Source: Hyphomonas sp. BRH_c22 (GTDB taxonomy: Bacteria; Pseudomonadota; Alphaproteobacteria; Caulobacterales; Hyphomonadaceae). From it: 64,000 bases of DNA. Location of the stretch: assembly GCF_000961795.1 (NCBI RefSeq), contig NZ_LADU01000108.1:1425-65424 (forward strand), read 5' to 3'. The position numbers and the translations under genes were made by a program. Every line of letters starts with the position of its first letter. Position 1 is the stretch's first letter. Shown here piece by piece: positions 59,575 to 64,000 of the stretch. Below the pieces are notes generated by a model. The model did not search any database. It saw nothing but the letters and a program-made list of their open reading frames with translations, and was not told the origin of the DNA.

Positions 59575-60461
59575 TGGGTGAATTGTCGGGCATGACCGGC
59601 TTTGCCCGTGTCGCAGGAGAAGCGGCATGGGGAAGCTGGGCCTGGGAGGCCAAGAGCGTCAATGGACGCAGCCTCGATGTGCGCGTGAACACGCCGCCCG
59701 GCTTTGACGCAATCGAGCGCGCAGTGAAGGCGGCCGCATCGAAACTGTTCAATCGCGGCTCGCTGCAGGTGTCGCTTCGCATCGACATGAGCACCGGCGA
59801 CGAGACGGTCACGGTCAACACGCCTTTGCTGACCGCCCTGACCGATGCGGCGCAGGCGATCCACGGCTCTGGCCTGTCGGGCGAGGCGATCGCCACGCTG
59901 ATGACCCTCAAGGGCGTGGTCGAGACGGGCGGAAGCACACTGAGGGACCTGGCGCAGGATGAGGAGGCGATCAGCCTTCTGACCGGGGCCGCCGAAAGCG
60001 CGCTTGGGGAACTCGCGGTCGCGCGCCACGCCGAGGGCGTGTCGCTGACCGGGATCCTGACGGGACTGGTCGGCGAGATGGAGGGTTTCGCTGCGGCGGC
60101 GGCAAGGCTGGCTGACGGCCAGCCGGCCCTCTTGCAAGCGCGCCTGCACAAGCAGCTCGATGAACTCGATACGGGGGGCCGGGTTGATGCCGACCGGGCG
60201 GCCGTGGAAATCGCGCTGAGCGCGGCCAAGGCAGACGTCCGCGAGGAACTCGACCGGCTGGCGGCGCACTTTGCCGGTGCGCGCGACCTGATCGCCGGCG
60301 GTTCTCCTGCCGGGCGGAAACTGGACTTCCTTGCGCAGGAACTCAATCGCGAAGCCAATACGCTCTGCTCAAAATCCGTCAGCCTGGATTTGACGAATGC
60401 CGGTCTGGGCCTCAAAGGGGTGATCGACCAGTTCAAGGAGCAGGCTGCGAATGTCGAATGA
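59574..60461 (+). CDS. yicC: YicC-family endoribonuclease
   Basis: SGMTGF, KSVNGR.LD, EELDRL..H, GRKLDFL.QE.NREANT.CSK. Confidence 0.93.
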   Translation: MGELSGMTGFARVAGEAAWGSWAWEAKSVNGRSLDVRVNTPPGFDAIERAVKAAASKLFNRGSLQVSLRIDMSTGDETVTVNTPLLTALTDAAQAIHGSGLSGEAIATLMTLKGVVETGGSTLRDLAQDEEAISLLTGAAESALGELAVARHAEGVSLTGILTGLVGEMEGFAAAAARLADGQPALLQARLHKQLDELDTGGRVDADRAAVEIALSAAKADVREELDRLAAHFAGARDLIAGGSPAGRKLDFLAQELNREANTLCSKSVSLDLTNAGLGLKGVIDQFKEQAANVE

Positions 60462-61092
60462 GCAAATGGGAAAGCGCCGGGGGCTGATGCTTGTCCTGTC
60501 GAGCCCGTCGGGCGCGGGCAAGACGACGCTGTCGCACATGCTGCTGAACGAGTTCGAGGACGTGAACCTGTCGGTGTCGGCGACGACGCGGGAGCCGCGC
60601 CCGAACGAGCAGGATGGTGCCCACTATCACTTCCGGTCGGTTGATGAGTTCAAGGCGATGATCGCCAACCGCGAATTCCTCGAATGGGCGCATGTCTTCG
60701 ACAAGTATTACGGCACGCCGCGCGCCGATACGGTCGCGAAACTGGAGAGCGGCGAGGACATCCTGTTCGACGTTGACTGGCAGGGCGCCGATGCGCTGCA
60801 TGACCAGATGCCGAATGATGTCGTTTCCGTTTTCATCCTGCCGCCGAGCATCGAGGAACTGGAAGCGCGCCTGGCCGCGCGGGCAGGCTCGACGGCGGAA
60901 GACGTGGCACGCCGCATGGTGGATGCGCGCCGCGAGATCATGCACTGGCGCCGCTATGATTATGCCATCGTCAATGACAATCTCGACGAGGCCTATCAGC
61001 GGCTTCGGCGGATCCTGCTGGTCGAGCGCCTGAAACGGCTGCGCCAGCTGGACCTGGAAGACCATGTCAGGCGTCTCCTCGGAGAGGCATGA
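60451..61092 (+). CDS. gmk: Guanylate kinase
   Basis: SSPSGAGKTT, SVSATTR.PR, YYGT, DVDWQG. Confidence 0.97.
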   Translation: MSNEQMGKRRGLMLVLSSPSGAGKTTLSHMLLNEFEDVNLSVSATTREPRPNEQDGAHYHFRSVDEFKAMIANREFLEWAHVFDKYYGTPRADTVAKLESGEDILFDVDWQGADALHDQMPNDVVSVFILPPSIEELEARLAARAGSTAEDVARRMVDARREIMHWRRYDYAIVNDNLDEAYQRLRRILLVERLKRLRQLDLEDHVRRLLGEA

Positions 61093-61146
61093 ATGCCTGC
61101 CCGCACGCTCCATCCTTTCGCAAGTCTTCCCTGAAAAGGCCCGCGC

Positions 61147-61365
61147 ATGACCAATGACAATGAACCGCAGACGGATGAGCAGGCGCCTGAACCGTCACCA
61201 AAATCCCCGCGTCCCAAGGCCAAGGCCATCTGGCTGCTCTGGCTGTTGCCGTTTGCCCTGATCGTCACGACCGCCTGGTACGTGATCCGCGGCGGTCTGG
61301 ACCGCACGCACACGTTCGAGGAAGTGACCGATATCGTCGTGGAACCGTTTGACGGGAAGGAATAG
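61147..61365 (+). CDS. Small single-pass membrane protein
   Basis: 72 aa, charged/Pro-rich N-terminus, one TM helix, codon use like neighbouring genes. Confidence 0.6.
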   Translation: MTNDNEPQTDEQAPEPSPKSPRPKAKAIWLLWLLPFALIVTTAWYVIRGGLDRTHTFEEVTDIVVEPFDGKE

Positions 61366-61389
61366 GCGCGGCGGCCATTCCGTGTAAGC

Positions 61390-61467
61390 GCTCATCCTGA
61401 GCGAAGTCGAAGGATCGGGCGCGGGCTTCCGGGTTTCATCGCACGGGGCCCGTCCTTCGACTTCGCT
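61390..61467. repeat. REP-like palindrome, element 1 (right arm truncated)
   Basis: Perfect 15-bp inverted repeat AGCGAAGTCGAAGGA (61400-14) / TCCTTCGACTTCGCT (61453-67). Confidence 0.8.
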
Positions 61468-61588
61468 TCCCCCTTCTCCCTTGGGAGAAGGGTTGGGGAT
61501 GAGGGGCGATGACGTCGCTGCAAGTGGCGGGGTTTGTGGGTCGTTCCGTGTCCCCTCACCCCCGGCACCTCTCCCGGAGAGAGAGGGA
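61468..61588. repeat. REP/MITE-like palindromic element 2
   Basis: Hairpin CCCTTCTCCC-TT-GGGAGAAGGG, then GGGGATGAGGGG ... CCCCTCACCCC, then a second hairpin ending GAGAGGGA. TCCC/GGGA termini. Confidence 0.75.
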
Positions 61589-61842
61589 CGCGCGCTCGTC
61601 CGGAAACACCCTTCGGCGTCCGGCAAACCCGTCTGATTGGAGAGGGATTCAGCCCAGGCTTCCCAACTGTCGAAAGCGGCCGCGAGCAATTCCGGCAGGG
61701 CGGTGGCAATCGCGCCAAGTTCGAGTGTGGTACGGTGGGTTACGTATCGCAAAGCCAGCTGCCGATTGCCACACTCGCGCGAAGCCGGGCCATTTGACAA
61801 AGCCCATGGCCCGGATACGCTAAAATTGATTGGAGCAGGAAC

Positions 61843-62829
61843 ATGACCGACCAGGGCCTTCCGCTAGCTCGAGAAGCCGTAGGTGTCTTCCAGTCTGAAG
61901 ATGCGTTGCAGGCAGCCATTGATGACCTGCTGTCGCACGGATTTGACCGCGCGGAGATAAGCCTTCTGGCGCGCTCTGACAGTGTCGAAAGGAAACTGGG
62001 CCACGCCTACCGGAAAGTTGCCGAGGTGGAGGACGATGCAGCGGCCCCCCGGATCGCCTATGTCGCGGAAGAAGATGTCGGCAATGCCGAAGGCGCCGTG
62101 ATCGGGACGCTCATGTACGTTGGGGCGCTGGCAGGACTGATCCCGGTCGTCGCATCGGGCGGTGCGCTGGCGGCGGGGCTGGTTGCCCTTTTCATCGGCG
62201 GTGGCGCGGGTGCCGCACTCGGAACCGCCCTGGCGCGCATCATCGGCCTGGAGCATGCCGAGTATATTGCGGACCAGGTTGAGCATGGCGGCCTTGCCTT
62301 GTGGGTGCGCACCTGGAACGAGGGAGACGAAGCCCGCGCCGTGAAGATCCTGAAGGCCCATTCCGGAGCAGATGTCCACCTGCACGGGCTGCCAGACCTG
62401 CATCCTGAACTGGAAGAGCGATACCTCGGAGCAGTCTCGGCCGCAGAGGCGGAGGCTTATCGCAACACAGGCTTTGTCCACTCGGGCGACGATGAATATT
62501 ATGTCCGTGGCAGGGTCTTCTCGAGCGCCGAGGACGCGAAATCCTATATCGACAGGCTGAACTACCTGGAATCCCTGCACGAGTCGGCCCGGTCGGGGAA
62601 GATCGACCTGAATGCGGCCCTGACCAACCCGGTCGCCGAGTTTCGCACAATCGAAAACCTGATGGCCACGCCCTTGTCAGATGCGCTCAAACTCGAATTT
62701 CTGAGGCGCTGGGAGTATGACGCCAAGACTCTTGGAGTGGCGGACAATGAAGGCATGACCGGTCCCTCGCCAGCGGTCCTGCTCCAGAAAATCGAACTGG
62801 CCATTGCCAGTTTGGAATCGGCGGACTGA
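61843..62829 (+). CDS. General-stress-like membrane protein with an extra C-terminal domain
   Basis: REAVGVF...GFDRAEISLL, glycine-zipper TM pair, GGLALWVR. TTGACA-N16-TACGCT upstream. Confidence 0.75.
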   Translation: MTDQGLPLAREAVGVFQSEDALQAAIDDLLSHGFDRAEISLLARSDSVERKLGHAYRKVAEVEDDAAAPRIAYVAEEDVGNAEGAVIGTLMYVGALAGLIPVVASGGALAAGLVALFIGGGAGAALGTALARIIGLEHAEYIADQVEHGGLALWVRTWNEGDEARAVKILKAHSGADVHLHGLPDLHPELEERYLGAVSAAEAEAYRNTGFVHSGDDEYYVRGRVFSSAEDAKSYIDRLNYLESLHESARSGKIDLNAALTNPVAEFRTIENLMATPLSDALKLEFLRRWEYDAKTLGVADNEGMTGPSPAVLLQKIELAIASLESAD

Positions 62830-62953
62830 GCGCAGCGCTGGTTTGGGTTTGGGAGAGGGGCGCCAGGTGATGCGTTGTGCGCCTGTCACTGGCGTCCGGT
62901 TCCAACAGCGCGCACAGTGCGCTCCCGAGACCTGACCGGAAGGGACATGCGGG

Positions 62954-63367
62954 ATGCTGGAATACAAAGTCACGGCGCGGCGCGTTGATGCGCATGGCAG
63001 CGAGGCGCGGGCGAAAGACGCCGTACTCGTCATCGATACGGACCTGCAGGGTCGGCCGGACGCGTTCAATCCGGCCGAACTGCTGCTCGCATCTGTGGCG
63101 GCCTGCATGCTGAAAGGCATTGAGCGGGTCGCGCCAATGCTTGATTTCGACTTGCGCGGGATCGACATTAGCCTGCACGGCAAGCGCCAGGATTCACCGC
63201 CCAAGATGTTGTCGATCGCCTATGAGATCATAGTCGACAGTGACGAGACGGACCACCGCCTGGACCTGCTGCACAAGAATGTCCGCAAGTTCGGTACGAT
63301 TTCCAATACGGTCGCAGACGCGCTCGACCTGAGCGGCACCCTCAGGCGCAAATCCCCGCAAGGTTAG
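62954..63367 (+). CDS. OsmC-family protein (single Cys)
   Basis: NPAELLLASVAACM. The second Cys position reads KFGTISNT. Confidence 0.85.
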   Translation: MLEYKVTARRVDAHGSEARAKDAVLVIDTDLQGRPDAFNPAELLLASVAACMLKGIERVAPMLDFDLRGIDISLHGKRQDSPPKMLSIAYEIIVDSDETDHRLDLLHKNVRKFGTISNTVADALDLSGTLRRKSPQG

Positions 63368-63399
63368 GGTGGGTATAGAACTGTTTGGGCCCACCCTAA
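63364..63399. terminator. Hairpin between convergent genes
   Basis: 10-bp inverted repeat TTAGGGTGGG/CCCACCCTAA with no clear U tail. Confidence 0.45.
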
Positions 63400-63426
63400 G
63401 CTGTCTGACGCTCTTTGAGCCGGGGT

Positions 63427-63684
63427 TCAGGACGGATCTGTCGCCTCTTCGGCTGCATCGTGGATGGCGTCGACAGGGTCATCGTTTTCCTGACCCGTGA
63501 TATCGTCGATCACTTCGCCGGCATTTTCCAGGGCACCGTCATCGCGGTCAATTTCGCCGCCGGTTGCTTCCTCAATGGCGGAATCCAGCTTCTCACCTTC
63601 CTTTTCCGCGCTCGTGTTATCGCCGCATGCTGCCAGCATCAGAATGCCCGTCAGCATCAAACCGCCTGTTTTCAATTTCCCCAT
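63427..63684 (-). CDS. Small acidic lipoprotein
   Basis: RBS AGGAG, lipobox LAAC, repeated E.AGE.ID-type helices. Confidence 0.75.
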   Translation of the reverse strand: MGKLKTGGLMLTGILMLAACGDNTSAEKEGEKLDSAIEEATGGEIDRDDGALENAGEVIDDITGQENDDPVDAIHDAAEEATDPS

Positions 63685-63851
63685 TTTACTGCTCCTGCTG
63701 CAATCATCGTTAAGTCGGACAGGGACACATGTCACCGGAGCCCGGTCCTGCCAGCGATGGCCTGCGTGGACGGGGATGAGCATGGCCGCATCGCGGCCGA
63801 TTCGCAATGTTTGGGGGTTTTGGGGGTGCCGCTGAGCGCAACCCAAGTACG

Positions 63852-64000
63852 TTATTGTGCCAGGCTCGCGGCCAGCCGCCTGAAATCATCCTGCGACAGC
63901 GTCTCTGCCCGGGCGGTCGGGTCGATGCCGACGCTTTCGAGCCATTCGGCGGCTTTCATGCCGCGTTTTTTTGCGAGGGGTTTCAGGGCGGCGCGCATCA
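63852..64000 (-). CDS. rsmA: 16S rRNA dimethyladenosine transferase, 3' end only (runs off the window)
   Basis: Minus strand reads MRAALKPLAKKRGMKAAEWLESVGIDPTARAETLSQDDFRRLA...*. Convergent to gmk, as is usual in Alphaproteobacteria. Confidence 0.8.
   Translation of the reverse strand, partial: MRAALKPLAKKRGMKAAEWLESVGIDPTARAETLSQDDFRRLAASLAQ

Noticed and set aside
61195-61800. 201-aa minus-strand ORF across the repeat region
   Set aside because: It mostly translates the palindromic elements and has a weak TTG start. The 61600-61790 part could be a gene remnant, but I cannot assign it.
61790-61842. FNR/FixK box upstream of the stress-like gene
   Set aside because: TTGAC and TTGAT half sites lack the matching ATCAA at 4-bp spacing. 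A sigma70-like promoter explains the sequence better.

Overview
This is a GC-rich alphaproteobacterial chromosomal segment. Gene content and synteny (mipZ, Cpa/Tad pilus genes, bamE/plsX-fabH-ihfA-merR, rpsF-rpsR-rplI-dnaB, fabDG-acpP-fabF-mltG-yicC-gmk ... rsmA) suggest Caulobacterales/Hyphomonadaceae, which is an inference. The window is mostly core genome. It holds about 68 CDS, tRNA-Lys(UUU), tRNA-Pro(GGG), a cobalamin riboswitch heading a btuBFCD-like operon, folPBK, a split pntAaAbB, hppA, katG and a ~10 kb lipid/acyl-CoA cluster. I saw no CRISPR array, integrase, prophage or recognisable defence system, and I cannot demonstrate a clearly new biological system from the sequence alone. 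The best leads are: (1) a putative CtrA-controlled adhesion region (small membrane protein, galU, a TadG/CpaL-like vWA protein with a polyproline insert, and a Tad operon with no pilin or prepilin peptidase in the window); (2) an IS481-family right end, missed by the ORF track, next to tRNA-Pro and fused to a 5'-truncated GFA gene; (3) a translationally coupled amidohydrolase / AGMO-like desaturase / SnoaL / GNAT operon; (4) a TGT missing two of its zinc ligands; (5) abutting palindromic REP-like elements and a small accessory islet between gmk and rsmA. All product calls come from recognising motifs by eye, with no database searches. Start codons were adjusted by eye.
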